This document shows, piece by piece, positions 9,236-18,828 of a stretch of DNA of 28,869 nt. This stretch comes from a virus (lineage: Duplodnaviria > Caudoviricetes): positions 1 through 28,869 of IMG/VR virus record IMGVR_UViG_3300031938_000024; one strand, written 5' to 3'. How positions within the stretch are numbered: the stretch's first letter is position 1; each line of letters opens with the position of its first letter. The notes beneath the pieces are model-generated. The model was not told the DNA's origin and made no database searches. It saw only the letters and a list, made by a program, of their open reading frames with translations. The translations under genes were made by a program, and so were the position numbers.

Positions 9236-9641
9236 CGAGACGATCACCAACCGCCTTGGCGAGATCCTCGGACAGCTCCCCACCTTCGCGTGGAGGCCGT
9301 TCGGCCCTGACCCGACGGACCTCGAGATCGGGCTCTACTACGGAGCCGTGCAGGACAAACCCGACCGGGGCGTCGGCATCTCCGTCTACAGCCCCGCCGA
9401 CCAACCCGACCTGCTCGCACGCCGCGTGCAGTTCGACGTGCGCGGCGGTCGCGGTCAGCCCTTCGGCGCGGACCGCCTCGCCGGCATCCTGTTCACCGTC
9501 CTCGACCATCGCCCTCGCGGCAGTGGCTTCGCAAGCATCCTCCGCACCTCATTCACTCGACTGGGTGCGGACACCAACGGCCGCGACCGGCGGACCGAGA
9601 ACTACCTCATCACCCTCGACAACCAGGAGGCAACACCATGA
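9228..9641 (+). CDS. Tail terminator (putative)
   Basis: VQFDVRG and LGADTNGR...NY motifs; directly before the major tail gene. Confidence 0.75.
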   Translation: MDDETITNRLGEILGQLPTFAWRPFGPDPTDLEIGLYYGAVQDKPDRGVGISVYSPADQPDLLARRVQFDVRGGRGQPFGADRLAGILFTVLDHRPRGSGFASILRTSFTRLGADTNGRDRRTENYLITLDNQEATP

Positions 9642-10396
9642 ACCAGCAGACCACCCTGCCCCCCGACACCGTCCTCGGAAAGTCCTTCGAGTACGGCATC
9701 GACGTCAACCTCGGCACCGCCGGCGCTCCCGTCTGGCAGCCGATCCGCCGCATCAGCGCATGGCAGCCGTCGCACCCGCCGGTGAACACCGACGTCGGCT
9801 CCTACGACGACCTCGGCTCGCCGAATGAAGACGTCACCGGCCGCGGCTTCGCAGCGTCGTTCACCGTCCAGGGCAACCGCAGCACGACCTCGGGGCTCTA
9901 CCTGCCCGAGCTCGAGGCGCTCGTCGCCGCATCGAAGGGCACCCTCGAAGGGGCCGTGCTCGACGTGCGCTGGTATCACAAGCCGGAGATCGGCACCCCG
10001 CACCCGACGGACGCCGGCCGCTCGCTCGTGACGGTCGAGATCACCCGCTCGAACACCGACAATGCCGGCATCGAGATCAAGTCCGTCACCCTCACCGGCA
10101 AGGGCAAGACGCAGCCGATCGCGAACCCGTTCCTCGGCTGGGACGTCACCGCGCCCGTCATCGGCGCAGTCGGCCCGCAGAACGCCGGCGACGGCGACCT
10201 CATCACCATCACCGGAACCGGCCTGCTCAACGCGAGCGCGGTCACCTTCGGCGGTGACCCGGCCGCCGACTTCACCGTCGTCAGCAGCGCGGCCATCATC
10301 GCCGTGCTGCCGATCGGTGACGCCGGCACCGTGCCCGTCGTGGTCACCACGCCGGGCGGCGTGTCGACCTCGTTCCCCTTCACCCGCGGGGCGTAA
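9638..10396 (+). CDS. Major tail protein with C-terminal IPT/TIG (Ig-like) domain
   Basis: Synteny; C-terminal P.I..V.P...GDLITITGTGL.NASAVTFG...VPVVVTTPGGVS. Confidence 0.88.
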   Translation: MNQQTTLPPDTVLGKSFEYGIDVNLGTAGAPVWQPIRRISAWQPSHPPVNTDVGSYDDLGSPNEDVTGRGFAASFTVQGNRSTTSGLYLPELEALVAASKGTLEGAVLDVRWYHKPEIGTPHPTDAGRSLVTVEITRSNTDNAGIEIKSVTLTGKGKTQPIANPFLGWDVTAPVIGAVGPQNAGDGDLITITGTGLLNASAVTFGGDPAADFTVVSSAAIIAVLPIGDAGTVPVVVTTPGGVSTSFPFTRGA

Positions 10397-10399
10397 GTC

Positions 10400-10810
10400 G
10401 TGGCGACCGCTACCGACTTCTCGTCGTGGGCGGTGCCCGATCTCGTCCTCACGCTGGGCGGACACGAGTTCATCGTGCATCCGCCCAGCGTGGACGACAT
10501 GGGCAAGCTGCTCGCGTGCGCCGTCCGCGGAGAGGTGAACCTCGGCCTCATCTCCGGCACAATCCCCGCCGAGGTGCAGGGGGTGCTCGACACCATCAAG
10601 GACGAGCACCCCGCCCTCGGCGCGGCCTATCACGAGATGATCGCCGCCGGCATCAACCCGATCACCATCGACCGCATGGGCTACTACGCGGTGTTCTACT
10701 GGGCGCGCGGCAAGGACTTCGCCGACCGGCTCGCCGTCCTGCTCTGGGCGCGAGAGCAGGGCGAGGCGGCAGCCGCTGCAGAGACGACCGACGCCGTCCC
10801 AAAAGCCTGA
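10400..10810 (+). CDS. Tail assembly chaperone (short, gpG-like form)
   Basis: Between major tail and tape measure genes; ends at slippery C CCA AAA. Confidence 0.85.
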   Translation: MATATDFSSWAVPDLVLTLGGHEFIVHPPSVDDMGKLLACAVRGEVNLGLISGTIPAEVQGVLDTIKDEHPALGAAYHEMIAAGINPITIDRMGYYAVFYWARGKDFADRLAVLLWAREQGEAAAAAETTDAVPKA

Positions 10811-11148
10811 AGACGGCGGAGGACTGGGCACCGTACGGCATCGGCGAGCCCGACGCTGACGGCTGGTATCAGGACTACCGGCAGCCGCCGGCGCACCTGA
10901 AACCGGCACCGCCCGCCCCGTCGTCGAAAGCACCCGAGATCGACGGCTCGTGGCTCGCCATCGTTCTGCACTGGCGCATCGTCGTCGCCGAGCTCATGCA
11001 GCGCGGCATCGACCTCTACGATCCGGCCGTCCGCGCACGCCCCTGGCCGGGCGTGCGGACGCTGATCTTCTCACTGCTCGAGACCGACACCCGCCTGCGA
11101 GCAGCGCTACGGAAGGACACCCCCGATGCCAAAGCTGACGATCGCTGA
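10798..11148 (+). CDS. Tail assembly chaperone -1 frameshift extension (gpGT-like)
   Basis: The -1 frame is open from CCCAAAA (10798-10804) as PKSLKTAEDWAPYG... to 11148, overlapping the TMP start. Confidence 0.85.
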   Translation, partial: PKSLKTAEDWAPYGIGEPDADGWYQDYRQPPAHLKPAPPAPSSKAPEIDGSWLAIVLHWRIVVAELMQRGIDLYDPAVRARPWPGVRTLIFSLLETDTRLRAALRKDTPDAKADDR

Positions 11149-13951
11149 CCTCGAGGTTCTGTTCACCGCGAACACGATGGCCGTGTCGAAAGCCGACAAG
11201 CAGATCCTCGCCATCGGCAAGAAAATCGAATCCAACCCGATCGAGATCGGCGCGGACGCGAAGGGCGCGCTCGGCGGCATGGACCGCGTCGAGGACGCAG
11301 CGAAGAAACTCGTCTCTGAGCGCGCCGTCGTCAAGCTCGACGCCGACATCTCCCGCGCGGAGAAGAACCTCGAGCGCGCCGTCGACAAGCTCGAGGATCT
11401 GCACATTCGCGCGGAGGGTGGTCTCGATGTCACCGCCGACGTCAAGCGCGCCGAGGCATCAATCCAGCGCGTCGAGCGTCAGCTCACCGGCCTGCGCAGC
11501 GCCCGCAACGTGGTCGATGTCGAAGTCGACGAGGAGCCGGCCGAGAGCGGCCTGAAGCGATTCCTCAGCCTGTTCCGCAAGAAGACGGAGGAGGCGGGCG
11601 ACGAGGGCGGCCGTTCACTGACGCAAGGGCTCGACGCGGCCACGCGCGGCGCAGGGCAGAAGGTCGGCGACGTCGTCGGCGGAGAGCTCGAGTCCACCCT
11701 CGTCGACGCGCTCGCAGCGATCCCGGTCGCCGGCGGAATCGTGCTCGCCGGTTACGCGATCGGCAAGGCTGTGATCGGCGGCATCCAGGACGGTCTGAAC
11801 CAGGAGAAGGGACGCGACCGCCTGCAGGCACTCACCGGCATCGGCGAGGCCGACGCGCTGCGCATCAGCCGGGCCGCCGGCGAGGCGTACGCGAACAACT
11901 TCGGCGAGTCCGTGGAGTCCAACATGGACGCCTCGAGGCTCGCCCTGCAGTTCGGCATCCTCGACCCGACCGCCACCACCCGCGACGCGCAGCTCGTCGT
12001 GCAGGGTCTCGCCGGCATCGCCGACGTGCTCGGCGAAGACGTGCGCCCGATCGCGCAGACCGTCGCGCAGCTCCTCAGTAACGGGCTCGCCCCGAACGCG
12101 CAGGCCGCCTATGACCTGATCGCCGCCGGCGCACGCAACGGAATGAACCGCAATGAGGATCTCCTCGACACGCTCACCGAGTACCCGTCACTGTTCAAGC
12201 GCCTCGGCCTCTCCGGCGACGAGGCGCTCGGGCTCGTCAACCAGGGCATGAAGGCGGGTGCGCGAAACAGTGACCTCGCGGCCGATGCCCTGAAGGAGTT
12301 CCAGATCCGAGCGACCGACGCCTCGGAGCAGTCCGCCGCAGGATTCAAGGCGCTCGGCTTCGACGCCGAGGCCATGACCGCGAAGATCGCCGCCGGCGGA
12401 GCTGGAGCTCGCGAAGGGCTCGGCGAGGTGCTCACCGCACTGCGCGAGATGGAACCGGGCGTCGAGCGGAATAATGCGGCGATCGCGCTGTTCGGCACGC
12501 AGGCTGAGGATCTCGGCGAGGCGCTATTCGCGATGGATCTGACCACAGCCGTCAACCAGCTCGACGGCGTGACCGGATCCGCACAGCGCATGTTCGACAC
12601 GCTCGCAGGGAATGACGCGTCCAAGATCGACCAGGCACAGCGGAATATCGAGGTCGCCGCCGACGGCATCAAGGGTGCCCTCGCGGCCGCATTCTCCGAG
12701 CCGCTCGGCGACTTCGCCGACTGGGTCTCGCAGAACCGCGGCCCCGTCCTGCAGTTCTTCTCCGACCTCATAAACGGGGCGATAGATTTCTCGATCTCCG
12801 CGACGGAGGGTGTGGGATCGTTCGTCGCTGGGCCGCTCGCCGAGATGGTCGAGGGACTCGCCGTAGCGATCAAGTTCTTCAACTGGGGAGCTGACACCTC
12901 CGAGCTCGACAAGCTCGCTGAGGGTATGCGCGGCTTCGAGACGACCACCGACGGAGTCGTCGACAAGCTCGAGGGAATGCGGTCTGAGTTCAACGGGTTC
13001 GCCGATGGGCAGATCGCCCTCGGGTATGTCAACGACGCGGCACTGCGCACCGCCGAGTCAGTGTCGCAGGTCGGGCTCGCCGCGGACGGCACCCGGTACT
13101 CGATCGAGGGACTCGACACGGCGAACCTCCGTTCGTCGGAGTCGGGCAAGGCGCTCGATGATCAGTTGAAGGCGTCCGCGTCATCTCTCGATGCGGAGTA
13201 TCAGGCGGCGCTTCTCGCGGGGGAGTCGCAGCAGAACCTCACTGATCGATACAACGCCACCTCCGGGGCTCTCATGGGGCAGCTCACGGCGATGGGGCTC
13301 TCGCAGGAGCAGGCGCAAGCGCTGATCGACACTGTGCTGCAGACGCCCGAGCAGGCCTATACCGTGTACTCCTCGAATGCGTCCGCCGAGGCCGCAGTCG
13401 TCGACGGGCTGAACCAGAAAATCGTGCAGCTCCCGGACGGCAATTTCGTCGTCGTGACGGACACGTCGCCCGCGCAGCGCGATCTCGACGACTTCCTCGC
13501 ACGCAACGCGTCGAAGCGGATCAACATCGCAACGGGCCTGGGCGGCACTGGTGGTCTGGTCATGGGCAGCGGTGGCATCGTCGAGATGATGGCGGCCGGC
13601 GGCATCCGCGGAACAACCCCGATGCAGCCACTCGCGCAGATGGTGTCACCGAACACGTGGCGGATCGTCGGTGATCGACCTGACGTTGACGAGCTCTACG
13701 CGCCTCTCGACGGGTCTGCCCGCTCGTGGAACCTGCTTATGGAGGGGTTTCGCCGAATGCCGGGCAAGCCGCCCGAGCTCATGGCAACGGGCGGCGTCAC
13801 ATCGCCGGCAACCGTCGTGCCCGGCGGGGACGTGAACGTCACCGTCGTGAACAAGTCCGGGGTCGCACTCGACGATCTGATCGAGCTTCGCATCGAGCAG
13901 GCGGGGCGTTCTCGCCGTATCGGACTGAGCAACGGAAAGAGGAGGAAGTGA
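11126..13951 (+). CDS. Tape measure protein (941 aa)
   Basis: Longest ORF, Ala/Gly-rich and helical; ADALKEFQIRA and ALFGTQAEDLG motifs; AAGGA RBS. Confidence 0.95.
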   Translation: MPKLTIADLEVLFTANTMAVSKADKQILAIGKKIESNPIEIGADAKGALGGMDRVEDAAKKLVSERAVVKLDADISRAEKNLERAVDKLEDLHIRAEGGLDVTADVKRAEASIQRVERQLTGLRSARNVVDVEVDEEPAESGLKRFLSLFRKKTEEAGDEGGRSLTQGLDAATRGAGQKVGDVVGGELESTLVDALAAIPVAGGIVLAGYAIGKAVIGGIQDGLNQEKGRDRLQALTGIGEADALRISRAAGEAYANNFGESVESNMDASRLALQFGILDPTATTRDAQLVVQGLAGIADVLGEDVRPIAQTVAQLLSNGLAPNAQAAYDLIAAGARNGMNRNEDLLDTLTEYPSLFKRLGLSGDEALGLVNQGMKAGARNSDLAADALKEFQIRATDASEQSAAGFKALGFDAEAMTAKIAAGGAGAREGLGEVLTALREMEPGVERNNAAIALFGTQAEDLGEALFAMDLTTAVNQLDGVTGSAQRMFDTLAGNDASKIDQAQRNIEVAADGIKGALAAAFSEPLGDFADWVSQNRGPVLQFFSDLINGAIDFSISATEGVGSFVAGPLAEMVEGLAVAIKFFNWGADTSELDKLAEGMRGFETTTDGVVDKLEGMRSEFNGFADGQIALGYVNDAALRTAESVSQVGLAADGTRYSIEGLDTANLRSSESGKALDDQLKASASSLDAEYQAALLAGESQQNLTDRYNATSGALMGQLTAMGLSQEQAQALIDTVLQTPEQAYTVYSSNASAEAAVVDGLNQKIVQLPDGNFVVVTDTSPAQRDLDDFLARNASKRINIATGLGGTGGLVMGSGGIVEMMAAGGIRGTTPMQPLAQMVSPNTWRIVGDRPDVDELYAPLDGSARSWNLLMEGFRRMPGKPPELMATGGVTSPATVVPGGDVNVTVVNKSGVALDDLIELRIEQAGRSRRIGLSNGKRRK

Positions 13952-13952
13952 G

Positions 13953-14765
13953 ATGGCCGCACCACTGCTGACACCAGAGCTCGCCGGGAACCCGTTCGTC
14001 GAAGTGTTCTTCGACGGCGTCGACCCCCTCGCAAACTCGCTGACGATCTACCGTCTCAGCGAGGAACGCGAGTGGCTCGTGCGCGGCGGCGTCGGTATCG
14101 CCACCGGCGTCGCCGCGCTCGACTTCGAGGTGCCGTTCCGCACGCCGGCGACGTACCGCGCCGAGCAGTTCGACCTGCTCGGCAACAGTCTCGGGTTCAC
14201 CGACTCGACGACGACGACCGTCGATTACGACGGCACCATCGTGCACAACCCGCTCGCGGCGTCCAGCCTGTGGGCTCCGGTGCGTGTCGGGCCCGACAGC
14301 TTCGCACCGCTCAAGCGCCCCACCAACGGCGAGCTCGTCTACGTCGAGGATGCGTCCGCGGGTACGTGGATCGGCACCCGCCGACAGGGGCTGCGGGATC
14401 TGAACGTGCAACTACTGACCGACACCATCGACGCCGCCGACCGGCTACAGGCGATGCTCGGCACCTACACGACCCGACAGGTCGGGGTGCTCTGTATCCG
14501 CACGACGTCGTCGGTCAGATGGCCGCGTACGTTCTTCGCTCGCGGCGACCTCGAGGAGCTCGACCGGACGGTGCGCTTCGGCGGATCTCACATCGCGTTC
14601 AGCTCGTCGTTCGACGAGGTGCAGCCGCCGTTCTCTGGCCTGGCGACGCCGCTGCTGACCTACGACGATCTCGATGCCTTCGGCGACTACGCCGCGCAGG
14701 ATGCGGGATGGCTGACCTACACCGACCGCGATCGAGCGTACGAGCTCGCGGGCCTGGCCGGATAA
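13953..14765 (+). CDS. Minor tail protein (distal-tail-like)
   Basis: Directly follows the TMP; DFEVPF...TYRAE motif. Confidence 0.75.
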   Translation: MAAPLLTPELAGNPFVEVFFDGVDPLANSLTIYRLSEEREWLVRGGVGIATGVAALDFEVPFRTPATYRAEQFDLLGNSLGFTDSTTTTVDYDGTIVHNPLAASSLWAPVRVGPDSFAPLKRPTNGELVYVEDASAGTWIGTRRQGLRDLNVQLLTDTIDAADRLQAMLGTYTTRQVGVLCIRTTSSVRWPRTFFARGDLEELDRTVRFGGSHIAFSSSFDEVQPPFSGLATPLLTYDDLDAFGDYAAQDAGWLTYTDRDRAYELAGLAG

Positions 14766-14778
14766 CGGGGGTGACGGT

Positions 14779-14973
14779 ATGGCAGTCGTGAATCTCGGAG
14801 ATGACTTCGAGAGGGCGATCATCGAGGCCGCCGGCCTTGAGGATCTGAACCTCGATCCGGGGTCGATGCGAGTCGGTCTCCTCAATGACCCAATGACGAC
14901 CGTGCGGTTCACGCTCGTCGTCGATGTTCCGTTCGAGGCGGTGCGCGCGGCGATGGCCGCAGCGATCGAGTGA
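14779..14973 (+). CDS. Hypothetical protein (64 aa)
   Basis: Fills the gap between tail genes; GGGGG upstream; phage-like codons. Confidence 0.6.
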   Translation: MAVVNLGDDFERAIIEAAGLEDLNLDPGSMRVGLLNDPMTTVRFTLVVDVPFEAVRAAMAAAIE

Positions 14974-14983
14974 GGAGGTTGTC

Positions 14984-16099
14984 GTGCGCTTCTCCACTGA
15001 GCTGCTCGCCGGTGTCCTGTCGGGGTCGTTCGACCACTACTGGTCTGCGGACCTGATCTACAACGGTGAGCGGCGGCTGCAGGACGTACCGCTCACCGAA
15101 CCGCGATTCAACGAGGACGGCAGCGCAACCGTGCAGCAGTCGGGGTCGTGCCGCATCGTCTGGTCGGACACGTTCGGCGAGGCGATGGCACCTCGAGAGA
15201 TCACCGACGCATTCGCGCCGTTCGGGGCGCAGCTCCGCATCTACTCGAACGTGACGGCGGGGCCGTTCTCCGAGCGCATCCAGTTCGGGACGTTCGAGAT
15301 CACCGATGTGCCGTCCGCGCGTGACGAGGACATGGTCTTTCGGGATCTGATCGTCTCGGCCGGATCCGAGATCGAACTCGAGCTGAAGGAACTCCTCGCC
15401 GGTGTCGACGAGGAAACGTTCGACGTCCCGTCGTCCCCCTCGGATCTCGGGTCGACGTGGTCCGAGGTGGGCCGCGTGTCTGGCCTGCAGCTCGCGCGAA
15501 CCGTGGAGGACCGTCCGATCACGCGGTCGATTATGTATCCCGACTCGAAGCTCGATGCGGTCTACGAGCTCATGGACGTGATGCTCGACAGCGTCCCTCA
15601 CATGACCGCGGACGGCGCGCTGTCCGCGCGCCCGAACGCTCGCCCTCTCCCCGTGCACACGCTCCGTCGCGGCGACGGTGGGCAACTGATCAAGGTTGGG
15701 CAGAAGATGTCCGCCGATCAGGTGCGAAACCGCGTGGTGGTGCGTGCCACGTCCGGGCAGCAGAAGGCTGTGATCGCGATCGCGGAGATCACCGAGGGGC
15801 CGCTGCGCGTGCGTGAGACGAACGGCGCGCGATCGCCATTCGGGGCGCGCACGTTCTACCAATCGAGCGAGCTCATCGACAGCCAGACCGGGGCGCAAGC
15901 CTGGGCCGATGCGACGCTGCCGACCGTGTCGACGCTGAAGGCATCGATCGTCCCCGTCGAGATGACGTTCGACCCGCGCCTCGAGCGCGGCGACGTTGTC
16001 GTCATCCAGCGACTGCGCGGCAACCTGATCGGCCGAGTACGGACGATCGCCCGCTCCGGGCGCGCACGCATGTCTCTGACGGTGGAGGTCTCGCCATGA
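14984..16099 (+). CDS. Minor tail protein (baseplate hub-like)
   Basis: GAGGAGG RBS before GTG 14984; NRVVV, SPFG, DPRLERGDVV motifs. Confidence 0.8.
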   Translation: MRFSTELLAGVLSGSFDHYWSADLIYNGERRLQDVPLTEPRFNEDGSATVQQSGSCRIVWSDTFGEAMAPREITDAFAPFGAQLRIYSNVTAGPFSERIQFGTFEITDVPSARDEDMVFRDLIVSAGSEIELELKELLAGVDEETFDVPSSPSDLGSTWSEVGRVSGLQLARTVEDRPITRSIMYPDSKLDAVYELMDVMLDSVPHMTADGALSARPNARPLPVHTLRRGDGGQLIKVGQKMSADQVRNRVVVRATSGQQKAVIAIAEITEGPLRVRETNGARSPFGARTFYQSSELIDSQTGAQAWADATLPTVSTLKASIVPVEMTFDPRLERGDVVVIQRLRGNLIGRVRTIARSGRARMSLTVEVSP

Positions 16100-16971
16100 C
16101 CGACGAGACCGACGTTCTCCTCGACATCGTCGACGGCAAGTCGGCCGTTCGCATCGTCGCCGGTGCCTATCGCGGGCTCAACGGACTGCGAGCCTGGGTC
16201 GACTTCGAGGGCGGCCGGGTGCCGGCACACTTCGCAACATCGTGGCGACCGGTCGTGAACGATCCCGTCTGGGTGCTGATCGTCGACGGCGTCGCATGGG
16301 TCACCGGCCCGACGTCACCGCTCGCCTCGGAGGGCACCGTCGTATCCGTAGCCGGGGGAGTAGCCACGATCTCGACCGATGTCGGGAACGTCGCCGCGAC
16401 ATACAACACGGGAGTGACGCTTACCGCAGGGCAGCCCGTGAAGCTCCTTGCGCACGGCGGCTATCACGTCGTCGGCGTGAAGGCATCAACCCCGACGAGC
16501 CCGACACCCGATCCGGGAGGCGGCGGCGGCTCGACCGTCGTGACACAGATATTCCTCCCGATCGACGCCGCATCGTTCCAGAACGGGTGGTGGACGGGAC
16601 GTGTGATCGCGGGCTCCTCGAACCAGGGGTGCTGGTTCTACGACTTCAAGATGCCGTGGACGATCCCGGCATCCGCGGTGCCGAGCTCGATCGAGATCTA
16701 CCTCAACCCAGTGCAGATCCAGGGCTCGGACCCGATCTTCACAACGCACCAACACGGCACACGTCCGCCGGGCTCCCCGGGCCTCGTCGGCGGTGTGCCG
16801 ATCGACGTCACCGGCCCCGGCTGGTACTCGCTCCCGCTCGTGTTCTTCAACGCGCTGAAGTCGGGCGGCGGTGCTGCAGGAGTCGGTCTCAATCACGGCG
16901 GATACAACATCTTCGCCTCGCTCGCACAAGACCCGCAGTGCGGAGCAATCCGCACGACTTACCGCTACTAG
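16096..16971 (+). CDS. Minor tail protein
   Basis: ATGA overlap; Pro/Gly linker (PTSPTPDPGGGGG) between two beta-rich domains. Confidence 0.75.
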   Translation: MTDETDVLLDIVDGKSAVRIVAGAYRGLNGLRAWVDFEGGRVPAHFATSWRPVVNDPVWVLIVDGVAWVTGPTSPLASEGTVVSVAGGVATISTDVGNVAATYNTGVTLTAGQPVKLLAHGGYHVVGVKASTPTSPTPDPGGGGGSTVVTQIFLPIDAASFQNGWWTGRVIAGSSNQGCWFYDFKMPWTIPASAVPSSIEIYLNPVQIQGSDPIFTTHQHGTRPPGSPGLVGGVPIDVTGPGWYSLPLVFFNALKSGGGAAGVGLNHGGYNIFASLAQDPQCGAIRTTYRY

Positions 16972-16981
16972 GAGGCACCCT

Positions 16982-17632
16982 ATGGGGTTCACAAACGGCA
17001 CCGGCCCCGAAGGTCTGCCGATCTTCAACAAGAACCCGCAGACGGTCCCCGACCTGACCCGGCTTCGTGATCTCATCCGAGAGCGTGGCAACCGCTTCAA
17101 AGGCACCACGGGAGAGCGAGACGCGTTCACTAACGCCGGCTTCGCGGTCGAGGGGCACGAGTGGTTCGACACCACGATGGGGTGCCTGCTGATCCGACGG
17201 GGGTCCGCCTGGAAGCGCGACGTCTCGTTCCGCACTTTCACACTCGCTCGAGGCGGGATGACAGACAACACGGCGTTTTTCCAGGTGCCCACCGAAGACA
17301 CCGCCAAGGACAGCGAACCGGCATTCCTCTACTCCTACGACGGGGCATCCGGCAAGCTCACGCCCGAGGCCGGCATTTACCTGCTCCACGCGAAGGGCCA
17401 CCCAGGGTCCGTCGCTACCGGAGCATCGTTCATCCAGATTCGCAGCAGCGCGACAGCGGTGGGTCTCCTGGCGCGCGCGTCTGTCTCGGTCAACTCCGAT
17501 CCCTGGATGGCGTGCACGGCTCTTTTCCGCGCGGACGGCACCGAAGGATTCATCACCGAGATCCAGAAGGTCACCGGCGGCGCGCACGGCAGCTTTGGCA
17601 TTCTCAACGTCACCAAGCTCACAACTATCTGA
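16982..17632 (+). CDS. Minor tail or receptor-binding protein (putative)
   Basis: AGGAGG RBS before ATG 16982; GTTGERDA...EG..WFDTT motif of actinophage tail-tip proteins. Confidence 0.7.
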   Translation: MGFTNGTGPEGLPIFNKNPQTVPDLTRLRDLIRERGNRFKGTTGERDAFTNAGFAVEGHEWFDTTMGCLLIRRGSAWKRDVSFRTFTLARGGMTDNTAFFQVPTEDTAKDSEPAFLYSYDGASGKLTPEAGIYLLHAKGHPGSVATGASFIQIRSSATAVGLLARASVSVNSDPWMACTALFRADGTEGFITEIQKVTGGAHGSFGILNVTKLTTI

Positions 17633-17649
17633 GAAAGGGAACGAACACG

Positions 17650-17820
17650 ATGAGCACTCCTGCAATCCCTGACGCCGACGCGATCGTCGAGATCCTCAAG
17701 GCGGACGGTGCGCCGCCGCGGATCATGCTCGACATCGGCGGCAGCGCTGACATCGACGGCGACGGCATCGTCTACGCCTCGCTCGACACCGCCGGCGAGC
17801 TCGTGCTCGAGGACGCCTGA
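17650..17820 (+). CDS. Small acidic hypothetical protein (56 aa)
   Basis: AAAGGGA upstream; MSTPAIPDADAIVEILK...; fills the gap before the endolysin. Confidence 0.6.
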   Translation: MSTPAIPDADAIVEILKADGAPPRIMLDIGGSADIDGDGIVYASLDTAGELVLEDA

Positions 17821-17822
17821 CG

Positions 17823-18542
17823 ATGGCTTTCACTTACACCGGGACGCAGGTCGAACTCGGGTTCGGCCGCGGCTGGCTCAATGCACCGGCCGCCGCGTCG
17901 ATCCGTCGCATCGACCGACAGATCGGTCACGCGCTGCAGGTCACGGAAGCCGGGCGTACCTGGGCGCAGCAGAACGTTCACTACCGGAACTACCTCCGCT
18001 ACGGCTCGCCGATCGCACTCTCGCCCGATGCGCCCTCGCTGCATCAGATGGGTAACGCGATCGATTCCAACGAGGCGCAGCGCATTCATGCCGTGATGGA
18101 AGACCACGGCTGGCGGCGCACCGTCTATCGCTACGTCAACGGCAAGTGGACTCTCGTCGAGCCGTGGCATTACGAGTACTTCCCCCAGTACGACAACCAC
18201 ATCAACGAGTCGGCAGGCGGCTCGTCCACATCTCCGGAAGGACTGTTCATGTTCCTGAGCAAGTACGACGAGGAGCTCATTCGTAACGCCGTCGTCGACA
18301 TCAACAACCGCACTGCCGCGATGGCGAAGGCGATGGAGGTCGCCGACGCGAAGGTCGCTGGGATCCACGCGATCTACGTCGAGCGGGATGCGAACGGGTG
18401 GACGTTCGCCAACGTCGTTCAGTCGCACGTCGTCGCGACCCTTGCCGAGCTGCGTGCCGCGGGAGTGGCGACAGGCGGCATCGACGTCGATGACCTCACG
18501 AAACGGATAGTCGACGAGCAGGCGCGACGTCTCGCGGACTGA
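17823..18542 (+). CDS. Endolysin, M15-family Zn peptidase with C-terminal helical domain
   Basis: GRTWAQQ, SLHQMGNAID (SxHxxGxAxD) and EPWHYEY motifs. Confidence 0.88.
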   Translation: MAFTYTGTQVELGFGRGWLNAPAAASIRRIDRQIGHALQVTEAGRTWAQQNVHYRNYLRYGSPIALSPDAPSLHQMGNAIDSNEAQRIHAVMEDHGWRRTVYRYVNGKWTLVEPWHYEYFPQYDNHINESAGGSSTSPEGLFMFLSKYDEELIRNAVVDINNRTAAMAKAMEVADAKVAGIHAIYVERDANGWTFANVVQSHVVATLAELRAAGVATGGIDVDDLTKRIVDEQARRLAD

Positions 18543-18567
18543 TCACTCACCCACGGAGGGGACTCGC

Positions 18568-18828
18568 ATGGACTGGTGGGTCACTCCACTCGTCGCCGTG
18601 TTGGTGGCGCTCATCGGAGGTTCCGGCGTGTGGGCAGGTGTCCTGCTCACACGCCGTTACCAGATGCTCACTCGGCAAGACGCCGAGCGCGCCGCGGCGC
18701 ACAAGACGCTCAACGAGACGCAGCAGCAGAAACTGCGCGTCGTGAACTATGCCACGCGCCTGCGGGCGCACATCGAGCGCGGCGATCCGCCGCCTCCCGA
18801 GGACTGGCCGGAGGGTATCTATGACTGA
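18568..18828 (+). CDS. Lysis-cassette membrane protein (N-terminal TM plus coiled coil)
   Basis: GGAGGG RBS; hydrophobic N-terminus; LRAHIERGDPPPP. Confidence 0.75.
   Translation: MDWWVTPLVAVLVALIGGSGVWAGVLLTRRYQMLTRQDAERAAAHKTLNETQQQKLRVVNYATRLRAHIERGDPPPPEDWPEGIYD

Noticed and set aside
10426-10797. Independent start for the 240-aa ORF 10426-11148
   Set aside because: The 5' part is Arg-rich off-frame sequence; only the part after the slippery site looks coding
16096-17632. Diversity-generating retroelement or invertible tail-fibre system
   Set aside because: No reverse transcriptase, template/variable repeat pair or duplicated tail-tip segments seen; the att-like sites do not flank tail genes
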